A stretch of 64,000 nucleotides of DNA from Bugula neritina (Eukaryota; Animalia; Bryozoa). Below are positions 35,399 through 48,776 of this stretch, in pieces. A program made the position numbers and the translations under genes. The stretch lies in assembly GCA_964035545.1 (NCBI GenBank), contig OZ037765.1, positions 13,030,698-13,094,697 of the forward strand, given 5' to 3'. Under the pieces are notes generated by a model. It did not search any database. It saw only the letters and a list, made by a program, of their open reading frames with translations, and was not told where the DNA came from. Positions within the stretch are counted from its first letter, which is position 1. Each line of letters starts with the position of its first letter.

Positions 35399-38300
35399 TA
35401 ATAGACCATGTAAGATTGGTACATTTAGTACCTTGAACCAATTCTAGATACTCACCACTATAACTTATATAAACTTCTGCAAGTTCAAATGCAAAATGCA
35501 TACTTCTAGGAAATAGCTGTGCAACTTTTATTACATGCATTATTTTATTTCATATCTTAAATTTATGAATCATGAGTTCATTTTTCAAAATGTTTAAATT
35601 AAGTGCTTAAAAAATGCATTTAAAGAATGTATTCCTGAAAAATTACCCTGGAGCAGTTTGACCACAACCCCAGCTGTTTTGGCAAAACACATTTAATGAC
35701 ATTTTCATCGACATAGTGGTAAATTGGCTGGTTGTTTTTGGCAGATGAGTAGCACGCTGGCTGGCTGCAACTTTATACAATTCTGATTGGCTGGACTCTA
35801 CATGACCAGCTAATGATTGTATCTGATTGGCCTAATAATGTAGAGTTTTATATAAGTTATAGTGGTGATATTTTAGAGTTGGTACACACCCCTTTTTTGG
35901 TTGAGTTTTATAATCTGATCACGCTGTAGTCATCTACAACACTTCAGTGTATGGGGAAATTATTAGTATTGCGAAATCTGTTTTGGCTTATATTGCTATG
36001 CCAGTTTTCTGACTTGGTTTGTAATAAACCATAGGCAGCTATATAACTTAGGTGATTTCATCGAAGGTAGACACTGTTTAGGTGCAGCGAATCAAACACT
36101 GTTGTTACTATTGCAAAACAGTAGCAATAGCATAGCACAGTCAGCAAACTGTAATGGCAGTGCTGCACCATATTTATCATCACTAGCATATATTTACAGC
36201 ACACTGACAAACACATGTATAAGCATGTGCTAAGCATAAATTATAGTTGCTTATGTGCCCACCATTATTTTACTTAAAAAAATTACAACAGTAATTTTTT
36301 TGACTTGGTTGCATATTTATTTGCAGGAGTTAAAATGCACAGCTTTTAGCAACAGAAAACATAGACGATTTATATAAAAATGAGCTTTAACCTGTAGTGC
36401 TTGGCATGCTAGTCTATACTGTTACTTGGTATCATCACCAATTTGTACATGATTTCCTTAGTGAAACAGCATGTTTATCCCACAAATGCAATGCCATCAG
36501 CCATAGGACAATATAGTCCAGTTTTTTCAACTATGAAGTAATTTTGTTAGCAGCTTGCTTCATTTTAACGTGAGCTTCTCAGTCTCAAGTCATTGTTCGA
36601 GGAAATATCTGCACCTAGCTCTGAAGCTATACTAATGAGTTTTCAATACATGTTTTTCCTCACTCAAAGTAATCATCAACCACCATTGAGGCAGGAAGAT
36701 GACAAAAACATTCTGAGGGCTAGTATCCAATACCATATGCCAGCCATTAAAACTTCACTATAGTGCTTCCGGAGCACACCTATTTCTACTACATGGCGAT
36801 CCTCTTACAGTATTTACTTATTTCCTGGCCATGCCACCTGGAAAGAAAGGCCATTTTCAACTGACTAGAATGCAGTAACTCTAAACTAAATTAATTGCTA
36901 TTCTTAGAATCCAGGTTAAAAGAGCAATCAACCCATAAAGGACTTGATATCCTAAATAGTCCTGGAGCTTACTGTTTGCACCTCTTTTAGAAAAGATTAT
37001 AATAGTCTGCTGTGCTTTCTGCAGCCACCCTTGGTAACCAATAAAGTGTAGCACTTAATAATATTTTTTTTGGTGTGCTATTGTATATGCATGTGCTATA
37101 CCACTATGCTTTGTAAGCTAAAGTCTGATATTAATGGTTTTTGGGTGAAAGAAAATGGCAGCTCAGACTCGATGCTTATTTTGCAAAATACAAACTCATA
37201 TATGGATAATATTCTGTTGGTAACAATGTTGTATGCAGTCAGTGTTGAAATATAATGCCTTCATTACAGTTTTAGTGGGATCAGCGTTTTCTCTGTAACT
37301 ATCATGTTGCATCACACAACATGAAAAAATGTTCATCAAATCCAATGTTTAATCATCATTTATTCTAGCATATACCAGAGAACCTTTGTATTTTACCCAA
37401 CTGACTAAAACATGTATTGAAAACTCATTAGTAAAATTGTTGATGTTATTGCAGTAGCTTCACAGCTAAGTGTAGGCACTTCATCCAGCAATGGTTTGAG
37501 GCTGATTACTTCACAGTTAAAAGAATCTAGAGTCTAGATTCTAGACTATATTGTCCCACGGCTGATGTCATTACATTTGTAAGATAATCATGCTGTTTCG
37601 CTAAGTAAATCGTATACAAGAAAGGGTTATCAACATGGTATTATAGGTGATGATACCAACTGGCAATATAGACCCACATGCAAGGCATTACATGTTAATA
37701 CTAATTTTTATACAAAATGTCTACATTATCTGTGCAATTAAACTCTTGCAGATTAATATGTGATTGATTAAAAAAGCTACTGCTATATAAATTTAAAATA
37801 AAACAGTAGTGAGTACACAAGCAAATAATTTATGGTTAGCGTAGGTTCATGCATTTGTAATATGCATGTGAAGCAATTTTTTAAATTATCACATTAAAGT
37901 AAACTGAAGCGCAAAATAATCAGACTATGAGAATGTTTTCAGTAATATGCATTGATTTAAAACTAAATCATGAAATGATTATCATTTTTGCAACCTCTGT
38001 ACTTGGTAGACAAGATAGAGAGGGGTGATGTGACTGCTGTAACTGTGTTACTGCTCTACATACTAACAGACTAGGCTAGTGTATTTAAGTGCCTTACATA
38101 AGATATTTTAATAAAACTGGTGAGTTTAGTGTGGCCACTGCCATTGCAGCTAGGTGACTGTGCTAGTGTGCTATGCTCTCACTACTGCTTTGCAATAAAA
38201 CCAAGTAACAGCAGCACTGGTTGATTTGATGTTCTAAGGTCTAAGTAATGTCTACCTTTGATGAAATCACCTAAGTTATATAGCTGCCTATGGTTTATTA

Positions 38301-38923
38301 CAAACCAAGTCAGAAAACTGGCATAGCAATATAAGCCAAAACAGATTTCGCAATACTAATAATTTCCCCATACACTGAAGTGTTGTAGATGACTACAGCG
38401 TGATCAGATTATAAAACTCAACCAAAAAAGGGGTGTGTACCAACTCTAAAATATCACCACTATAACTTATATAAAACTCTACATTATTAGGCCAATCAGA
38501 TACAATCATTAGCTGGTCATGTAGAGTCCAGCCAATCAGAATTGTATAAAGTTGCAGCCAGCCAGCGTGCTACTCATCTGCCAAAAACAACCAGCCAATT
38601 TACCACTATGTCGATGAAAATGTCATTAAATGTGTTTTGCCAAAACAGCTGGGGTTGTGGTCAAACTGCTCCAGGGTAATTTTTCAGGAATACATTCTTT
38701 AAATGCATTTTTTAAGCACTTAATTTAAACATTTTGAAAAATGAACTCATGATTCATAAATTTAAGATATGAAATAAAATAATGCATGTAATAAAAGTTG
38801 CACAGCTATTTCCTAGAAGTATGCATTTTGCATTTGAACTTGCAGAAGTTTATATAAGTTATAGTGGTGAGTATCTAGAATTGGTTCAAGGTACTAAATG
38901 TACCAATCTTACATGGTCTATTA
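35399..38923. mobile_element. Large foldback (long inverted repeat) element, ~3.5 kb, non-coding
   Basis: 35399-36062 is the exact reverse complement of 38260-38923 (664 bp, compared line by line). Diverged inverted similarity continues inward (about 36063-36657 vs 37407-38259), with a ~750-bp spacer. The ends read TA-ATAGACCATG...CATGGTCTAT-TA. Confidence 0.85.
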
Positions 38924-40323
38924 AGTACCATTTCCCCAACAGCTGCACTAGATTTTTGAACACTTATTTAAACTGTCGCGGACTTGTAATTAATGCTCTG
39001 ACTCCCATGTCAAAGACACTACGCGTAGCTCAATAATAGTACACTTGCTGGTTTAAATGCACTCATTTATCAATGTCTAGTTTAAATTTTCTGCTCCACT
39101 GACTACAAATCAAAAAGTATTGTTGAAACTCAAACTGCTCATACATAGAATACGTACACAGAGCACGCATGCAGTGAGCTGCAGTAGAGGCTTGTGTGTA
39201 TGTTAATCAATCCTTTGGAGTATTGAGTTTGTTAAAATATTAGCATTGAGGAAACTTGGGTTTTATATCTAACCCAACTTTAAGCTCCATGCCTGGTGCT
39301 TCACAAGTGGAATTGCAGGCAAGTTCTTGAACTGCTCGGTGAGTGTGGACTGGTGCAAGTATTGTTGTGAAACTTGTTTCGCTACTAGGGTATTCTTCAA
39401 GTATGAATATAAGTTTCAGTCATGACATTTATTTGTTAAACTGTGCTATTATTCAGTTTGCATTATTTACTGTCCTTTTCATATTACTGAGGTAGTTGTG
39501 GCTTATTTTACTATCCTCCAAATTTGTATCTACCAAAGTGTGCTGTGAGTGTCATAGAAATTTGTCAACTCTATACCAAAATATTACAACCTCGTCAGGA
39601 AGTCAGTAAGCAAACAGGTTTTACAAAGTATTGCAGACAACTAGTTGTTTGGGACTTAAGATTGAGTTTGTGCAACCTGTCAAGTTTGTGGTCTGCAATA
39701 GGATTGAGCCATTTACCAACCACCACTTTTCTTGTTATATCAACCACTCCTGTAAACTTTTAAGTCAGTTCAGTGATTAAGCTGTCCATCAGCATGAGCA
39801 CAAAGTTGATTTTAAAACACGATTGTTTGAGCATACAACCCTGAAACAGTTTTAGATGATAGCCAAGATTCATATGAATATTTTAATACTGCGCCAATGA
39901 AATGTCTCGAGATTCCTTTAATATTATATAAAGACAGAATAGAAATTTCAAAGACCAACAAGCTCAAGGAAGCAAAGATTTCAAGGTTCATTGGTATAAA
40001 TAATTATTAGTACAAAATCAGTGATTCCAATTTATTTAGTTTTACTGAGCTAAAATGAGTGCGTTAACTCATTTTGCCCACCTTTGCCAAGACACCAGGA
40101 TAGGTTAACTACGGAACTGTGTCATACCTACCGCCTTATAACACCTTGCTATGACTGCAGTAAAATCTTCTGTAGAATTGCCATTCAATGCTGTAGGCTA
40201 AGTTATGATATAGCATGTAAAGCTCTAAAAATCTTTCACCTTGTTTTGTCAATAATAGCGGTAGAGGCACATACCAGTGAATTTTAGCTGTAAGCTCAAT
40301 TTTACATCATAGTTATAAAACTT

Positions 40324-40397
40324 TTTCCCTGACTGGGATTCTAACCCAAGACCTCCAGTCTTACAAGCAGGCGAGTTAACCATTACACCACAGGGAA
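40324..40397 (-). pseudogene. tRNA-like sequence (TGT/Thr-like), pseudogene or SINE head
   Basis: Acceptor stem TTCCCTG/CAGGGAA, A box TGGTGTAATGG, T arm TTGGG-TTAGAAT-CCCAG. The T loop has TTA instead of TTC, the anticodon stem pairs poorly, and there is no oligo-T terminator. Confidence 0.6.
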
Positions 40398-41683
40398 CAC
40401 TGGATTAACTCAACACTACATTAGTTTTCTTAGCTCAATTCTGTTATATTTCAAATGAAATCGTTCAATCATTTCAATTTAAAATAGTTAGTTTTTTCTT
40501 TTTAAAGATTTCAGCTCTGTTTCATGTTAATCTGCTTAAAATCTGTGATGGCAATAGACTAAAGGTTTAAACCTTAATGTCTGTCTATACTTTGTCATTT
40601 TAGTGCAATAAATAATTATGTTGATTCTGGCTATTTCCAAATTCAGATAGCAGATTTTGTAAACATTCATTAAGAAAGGATGCTGTTCCATCTTTCTTCT
40701 CTACGTAGTTGTATTTTTTTGTAAGTTTTTCAATTTTGCAATAGCAAAAGCTGTAAAGCGTTTGAATTGAGATGTAAAATATGTATGGTGATGCTTCCAG
40801 AAAGCTCCATATACAGACCTATGTTATCAGGATTAGCTGAGCTAGTTATAGACAGCTTTAGTGATCAACATGCTAATCCTTACTTGAGTCCACCGCTTTG
40901 GTTCTGCAGATGGTTATTATTATTGATTTATGACTCTGGCACTGTTATTTTGCTATGAAGGCTTATAAAGGTTTTAAACTGGGCTGCTAGATTATCAGCA
41001 CTTCTATAATAGGCCCAATAACAACCAGTATAACTTATGCAGGATGTTATGATTTTCTGCCAGGGCTTTTAGCTAGATACAAAAGAAATTTTGTAAAGTA
41101 AGCAAAACAATTCATGTCATAGTGTGTCTTGGTCTCTTGTCAAATTAAAGAAACTAGTTTGCTCTTCGAGAACCTGCCAGTGGTATGATTACTAAGATTT
41201 TTGTGGTAATTGTGACAAGTGTTGATATATCATGATCCAACTCTCCCATTTTGCACATTGTTAGAAAATCACTTGCTAGACTACAATTCAGTAAAGATTT
41301 ACGTTTTCCAGTTTATATTTATATAAACATTTTAGGCAATGGCTGTTGTTTAATGTTTCAATGATATTTCATAACATTGTTCCGGTAGTGGCTCTCATTT
41401 GTCCATAGCTATTGTTGCCAAGCTGCTCACTAGAAAAGCCAGACTAGTGGTTTGCTCAACTACTGCCAATTTTCCTGTCTTGGTTGGCAGCTTCCAGAGT
41501 TTTTATACTTGTATTAGTTCACACCTTTCCAAATGGGTGCTCTTTCGTAGGTATTATTGGCAAACTGCCAAAAGCTAATGAACTCTTGAGTCACACTAAC
41601 TGCAAGCCAGGGGTCATAGGCGTGCTTGTATAATATATACAATGAGTAGTACAAGTCATAACAGCCTTTTCTGTTTTCACAGC

Positions 41684-44600
41684 ATGAATCCTCCAATGCC
41701 CTTTCGGGGAGGACAATTAGGTGAGAATGCCAGACACCCACCTCCAGCTCAACTCCAGTCCCAAGGACCACCTTTGCCTATAGCCGTTATGAATTCTCAG
41801 AGGCCCGGTTTCGTACCTTATGGTATCCCGGTACCCCACTACAACCAGCCAGTCTATAGTCCTATGCAAAGCCCTCAACTCATCCGACACCCAGGGCTGC
41901 CCCGTAACACTATTCTACCCTCGACTAACCAACTGCCCCACCCACAACCCAGGCCTGCGATGGACCAGAGAGCCAGGTATATGTTTGCAGTTTCAGTGGC
42001 ACCACCACAAGTCCCCCAGCATCCTGTCTCACACCCACCCCCTCCACCACCAGTGCAGATGATGAAAGGGGGTCGACCACACACCCTCTCTGCACCAACT
42101 AGTCTGTCAGCTGCCAACTCAACTACCGACGACAAACCACTAGACCTTAGTGCCAAGGCTAGACCTCAAAAGGTTAGTCTGATCATATGTTGGATCCAGA
42201 AAAACATTTCAACTTACATTTATAGTTTCAATTATTATGGTTTAATCCAAAATCACTATTTTGAATGCTATTCATATTGTTAGCACCCGTCTCCATCGAC
42301 TGACAAAAAGCCTGTAACTCAGGCTACTGTTGTACCTTTTGCTGACCAGCCTCTTGACTTGACCCTGCCAAGTAAGGAGAAGATAATTCCTGCAGCAGCT
42401 GTGGAGAGTGGAAGACTGGTTAAAATGAGGAATAGGTGTAAGTTTTGGTTGTTAAGATACATTACTTTGCTTTCTGTCTGTTCCTACATGTACCATGTGT
42501 TGCACATGTCAACTGGTTCATGTCAAATTCAAATAAATTTCTTAGTTTTCACTTATAAGTTTATTTCCTGAATTTCTATTGCAGTCATTTCATAACATAG
42601 AAACTAAATAGACTCAAATTTAGTTCAACTGCACTCTAATTAGCTTGTAGGAAACACTAGATTGTTCCGTTATGAGCAGCTCAAATATGCTGGTGCAACT
42701 ATTATGTTGAAAAAGTAGGTTATCTTAAAAAGGCTTTCATCTCGCAGGTTATTGCCAACTAATAAGTAAAGTGTTGCTAGTAAGAAATAGAATACAGCCA
42801 ATGCTGTCAGTATTAATGTAAAATAATACAATTTATCATTTTTCCTTCCAATGGAGATGGTTTATTAAAGGAGAGGTTCTAACATATTATATATCTGTGT
42901 TAATTTCATATATTATATAGATGGTGTAATAATAAATTATAAACACTTACAATATTGCAATAAGTTGTCATGTAGCAGATTAAATATAAAGCTTATTTTC
43001 ATCTGATAAATTTGACCCTTAACAGCTAATAGACTGGGGACCTAAATTTTCTAACCTTGACCTGAATATAACTTCCTATGGAACACCAGTAAATATGTTT
43101 TGAGCCTTTTGTGTGATTAATATACACTTGTTTTTGAAAAAAAAGTTGGCTTTTTGTCTTTCTCTAGATTCAAAATTTTTTTATGAAATAACAAATGTTA
43201 TTGAGACAATTGGGGCTCAGATATCTTTCTATTTTCTTTTTGGTTTAGCATTTTGATTTAAAATCTGTTTCATTCTGTTATATGTGCAAATATTTAACTG
43301 AGCCAGTTTTAAATGAGAAACTGCAAGTGTATCTAAACTAAATTCAAACACAATTATCAAATGTCCAAGAATAACTAAGCATATCTCGTAATACAACCTT
43401 GTACTTGTTTTCTGATATATGCATAACAAAACATTTGAATAGGTTTTGTGCTTTTGCTACCATTGACTCCATCTAGAAGGTTGCTAGGCCATATAATACA
43501 TTTTACACCCTTTTGTGTTGAAGAATAATACCTTTATGCTATTTAAGGTCATATGAATTATTTATTTCTGTGTATTCAAATGTTGGCCGACAGCCTACAC
43601 AGAGACTGCGTACATGTTTCATTGTTGGGAGCAGTTGTTTTCTTTATCTTATTGTCTAGCATTTCTATGTTCTTTGAAAGCCTTTCATGCACATTATTGA
43701 CCATTAAAGAAATATTATTAAGGAATTATTAAGAGCGTTTGTCAGTCATATTATGCTTACAGTCTAGAATTTGAATTGTATATATGCATTTATTCCTTTT
43801 GCTAAGCAAGAACAATAGCATATTGTATTTTATAGTTACCAGTAATCAATTTTCAATTTGAATCAGGCTTCTTTTCATTTAAATAATTTCTTGTGCCATA
43901 TTATTCACAGCTTCAGCATCAGCAGATCAAATAACTGATCAGCCGTCTACTTCCACTACTAATAATCTAGAAGGAGACATGATGGGTGCCAGTATAGTGA
44001 ATGGCGGCTCTTCTCTCCTCCAGAATCACCCACCTGATGATATATTATACTTACACTGTGTTCGCTGTACATCCAGCTATGGCAGTGAACACGCTTTCAA
44101 AAAGCATTTTCGTAACAGTCATGGCTACACTCCCACATGTGATGACGTGCTGATACAAGGCATCAAGGCCACTAAAGAGTATGTGATGAGTAAACAGGAC
44201 AATCAAGCAGTAGGGGCAAACAACTCCCCTCCTCCTAGGCGACATTGTAACTACTGCGGGTGGCAATGTGACCAGGCTAACTCCTCCCTCTTTACCAGGC
44301 ATATGAAGGAGCACTATGATGTCACAGGCTGTTTCTACCGATGCATGTATTGCTCTCAGGAATTTAGTGACCCGAATACGTTGCGGCAGCACGTTGTAGA
44401 ACACAGGGTGATATACCAGCATATCTGTGCTTACTGCTGTCTAGCATATGCGGCTGAGGAGCAGCTAGTTTCACACATGCTTACACAACACAATATGCAG
44501 TATACCAGCAGGAAGGTTGGCCTCCCAGTGAGCATAGTTTTACCCAGTCCATTGACTATGCCTCAAACTCGACATGAAATCAACGCACCAATGAATTCAT

Positions 44601-47600
44601 CTCGAATGCCAGTTAAAGGCAATCCTTCTCAGATATATGCTGAATATATGCAACCAAAAATGGTGCATGGCAAGATTGCTCCATTTGCAAGACCTCAGTT
44701 GTGCGCGGTAATGCCTACCAACCCCTACTCCATGCAACCTGCCAAGCCAATCATGATTGCATCACCGAGACATGTTGATATGAAGACAGCGTCATCGCCT
44801 GGTTATAAGAAGTCTCCTCCAGTATACAAGAGTGAACCATCCGCACCAGTATCTGATTCCATCAAAGGCCTTGCACCCAGACAAACTGCTCAGATTGATG
44901 TCAAAACATTACTATATAATGCCGTTGAACTAGGTTTTAAAAATGCTGGTAAGGTTTTTCACTTGAAATAGTGAAGTATCATCATATTGTATAACATCTT
45001 AGACTTTGGTCCAATGAGATTTTTTTTGCTTTTTAAAATTTAAGTTGCTTTAAATTGTTATTCAATATTTAAAGTGTCTTTTTACTATGGATTTTGAAAA
45101 TTTGTTTTTTTTAGAAGAAAGCATTGCGGTGTCAACTACAATCAACACAGTAACTAATAATCGGCGGCCATCTTACTCCATGACAGCTGCCAGCTATGAT
45201 CAAAAAAGCACAGTTTCTCCAGCAAGTACTGCTATGGTCACCTTTCCCTCTTCGTCAAAACCAGGAGCTCACCGACCTTCTCATTCCCCTGGATGTATGG
45301 ATCTGTCACGTAAAGCTTCCTATTCATATGCACCACCTCTGCACACACCCATGGAGACCTTTCGGCCTCGCCAAGTTTCACCAGTGGTAGAAACAGTCGA
45401 CCTCTCTAAGCCTCGGTTCCCAGTCCCTCGGATGCACGCACCTTATGGTTTATTCCCTTCTCATTCTGCACATTCTCCTCAAAGTCACCCTTTTGTTCCG
45501 AGCTGGCCTGTCACCACAGCTGCACATCCTGCTTCGCACCCTGCCACTTCTGCTAACTTCAATCTGTCTCCTCGGAAACCAACACCAATTTCAGTTTACT
45601 ATGCAGGTGTGTTGATTCTGTTTTTAAGTTTTGTTTTTCTGCTTCATGTAAATATGTTTGTACAATGCATAGATAGTCATATAGCATATTCAATTAGCCC
45701 TGGGAGGTGATGGCATATATACATTCCTGAATAATTTTAGCAAGTTTCTATATTTTATTTGTTTGTTTTGAGTAACTGTTGTCGAGTTGTTTTCACACTC
45801 CAGGAGTTTAGTACTGTCACTCTTAATAATTGTTAAAGCTACTGAGCATACAAAATTGCTATTACAGCTAACCAGTTATCATCATTTCATTTTTTATTGT
45901 TTTTTATATAGACAAGCAGAAGCCTGCCTCGGCTCCTTTGCCTCCACTATATCCACGACCCTCTGCATCTGCCACCTCAAATAATTCAGGATTAGGTGGA
46001 GGTGCGTCAACTACATTGACTTCTGTCCCATCAACTGCAGCTAACAAGGCACCGTTGGTAGACATATCTGGCAATGAGAGCGTGTCTCCCTCGTCTAGCA
46101 ACTCTACTTCAGCCAGAGAGTCTGCCCAGACAGATTCTCAGCTGGTGAGCTAATTTGTTGTTTTATGTTCCCACTTTTTTCATTTCTCTGAACATTACTC
46201 TCGACTAAAATTGAAAATATGTGAAACCTAAAAGTTGTTCCAGCTCCTTGCATATAATCCTGCTTTCTTGAATAAAGGTAATACACCTGTCATATTTCAC
46301 CATCAAAATTATTTTTCACACCAGCTAAACAATGATTTTGCAATTCCCAAATATTTAAGCAAGTGTAGAGTTATCTTCTCTAAATTACTGATAGTAAAGC
46401 ATAAACAATATCCAACTAAAAGTAAACAAGAATAGAAAGGATTCAGCTGCAATAGCTAACAATAGTCTGAAATTGTATTTATTGACGTTGCTAATTCCTG
46501 GGTTGTTTTTCTTCGGTTCAATAGTTTAATATAATAAATAGTAAGCTTCTGCTGTAATTGTAACTTAAAAAAGGGTCCATGGCTGCAAGCATTACGGATT
46601 TCTATTTAGAGAATGCAGTTGTTCATCAAATTCTAAATAGGAAAATTTCTTACAAAGCATTTTGTAAATAATAGCTTACGTACACTTGTGTTTTATTAAC
46701 CAAATAATGATTGTGTGTGCCATAGCTGGTAGCCTCCTTAAATTCCAACTAAGGAAACTAATCTGTATTTTTTTATGTAGCAGTTGGGTGGAGACTTTCT
46801 TTGCTGTATGTAGGGCTTCTTTTGTTGCAGCAGAGTTCAATAAAAGATGGAACTTGCAAAGAGCATCTGTTACCAGAGTTGGCAAAGGCAGTAAATATTG
46901 AAGATGATAAATTAATGGAGCAGGACACAAAAATGGAACTGCTAAGTCCACAATCTGTTCGGAAGTTATCTGTTGAAGATGTTGGTAGAAATGATGAAGC
47001 GAAAGCTTTGTCAACTAAAAGTAAAGGTGGTAGCAATTTAGAGGCCAAGATGAAAGAATATATGAGATCCAAAGTAGATTCTTCAAATCAGTCTGAACAG
47101 TCCAAGTCTGTTGGCCAATCAGAAAAGTCTTTCCCTGATGGCTCTACTGTTATAAGTGAACCGGCTGAAAATAAGAATTCTGCTGGCCATTTATTTCTTG
47201 CAACATCCGAACATTGTACTGTTGGGGCATCCAAAGCAGACTCTACCATATCTCCAGCTGGGAAGTCTGTAAGCTCTTCTCTAAATTTTCAAGTTAACAC
47301 TTCAACAGTAACCTGTGCTTCTAACACAGTGTTTGGAGACATTATTGAAAAAGTAGTTAATAGTTCCTTGGGAATTTCTGATACTGAATATTCCAGTCAA
47401 AATCGGAACAAAGCCCCCAATGCCATCCCATCTCTTATCAGTAACTTTGCAAATCCTAAATCTAAGCAACAGTTAGATGCCGGTACTTGTGACAACATGT
47501 CTGACATAGGCTCTGATAAAATACAGGCAATGTCAGCTTGTAAAGTGGTTCTCAACCCTCACAGTTTCCCTATCAATAATGATAGCTCAGGCATCAGGAA

Positions 47601-47742
47601 GAAAAGGTCAACTGAAAGCATCGATAAGCCTGGTTTTGTGACCGATAATGGCGTATTGGATATGAGTAAAAAAGTTGTAAGAAAACAAGAAGAGGATTCA
47701 GTTCATCAGAATAAGCGTCGAAAAGTTGATAAAACTGATTAA
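41684..47742 (+). CDS. C2H2 zinc-finger protein with multiple PxDLS-type CtBP-binding motifs (probable transcriptional repressor), 6 coding exons, ~1105 aa
   Basis: Exons 41684-42172, 42284-42437, 43911-44948, 45115-45606, 45912-46144 and 46831-47742, GT-AG with matching phases. Four C2H2 fingers: CVRC..HFRNSH, CNYC..HMKEH, CMYC..HVVEH, CAYC..HMLTQH. Motifs PLDLS and PLDLT; C-terminal KRRKV NLS. Confidence 0.88.
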
Positions 47743-48177
47743 TGGTAGTATAACATGCTGATAGTCCTTTTATTATGGTCGATGCCAGATTTTGTTTACT
47801 AATATATTCATGGCCAGTTCAAAGAGCTAAATATAATTTTAAGGTTATTACATAATACGTTTATTACAATGTCAGCTATGGCTATAAAACTTTTTCTATC
47901 CAATAAAAGTATTTTTTTGCAGTCAGGTTTATACTGTAAGTTTGAATGGCAATGCTGCTATTTATTCACTGTTGATATATTTTTTATTATATGAATTACA
48001 AAGTTTTTTTAGATCACTATTAGAAAAGGATTATTTCAAGAGCTCTTTATGCAATGTAAGCCATTCCATTAGATTTTGGTAATTCGAAGGCAGATTATAC
48101 GCAGATTGTCATATTGAATATATGCATTTTTTAATTTCTATGGCTATATTGTTGACAAATCATCATTTATCAAAAAT

Positions 48178-48267
48178 TATATATATGTATGTATGTATGT
48201 ATATTATATGTACATACATATAATATTATATATATATTCTATTATATTTTATATATATATATATATA
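48178..48267. repeat. (AT)n/(GTAT)n microsatellite
   Basis: Direct reading. Confidence 0.8.
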
Positions 48268-48776
48268 CTGTATATCTATTTCTTTTTCTATAGCTTTGAT
48301 TGTTAAATATTTATCCCTTTGATTTAGTTAGACTACATTGTATCTATAAACAAATATTTTGGAATAAATTTTTCTTCTAAGTAAGTAATTTGGGCATTTT
48401 ATCATATTTACAAGTTCTACTTTTTAGATAAAATTACTTGAGTATTTCGAAAACATCATTTTAGCAAGAGCTAACTAGATTTTATTTGATAAAATAGTTT
48501 CTAAAATACAGTATAATCTACTGAAGGACTTGCATGTTGCAGAGTTTGACTTCAAGATGATGCTAGTTCCCATTATTTTCTTGTTTGCACCAGTTCCTTA
48601 ATATGTATGTAGAAATGTTTCTCCCCAAGTCAACAATTAGCTAGCTAGCATTGTAGATGTTGAGATATAATACAGATTATTATTGTTGTACCAGAGAACA
48701 TAAGTTGCCATTTACGACCACATTTCCACTGAGGTCTTTTACATTGTTTATAGTTTTGATTTGCTGGTTATATGCA

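Noticed and set aside
38782-39036. 84-aa ORF across the foldback right end
   Set aside because: It straddles the repeat boundary and shows no recognisable motif.
39289-39338. Short ATG-initiated frame before a GTGAGT donor
   Set aside because: It stops after 13 codons and is not in phase with the next exon; a possible UTR exon or uORF, unsupported.
41514-47072. Antisense and alternative-frame ORFs over the zinc-finger exons (e.g. 44051..44422, 41875..42156)
   Set aside because: Shadow frames of GC-richer coding exons.
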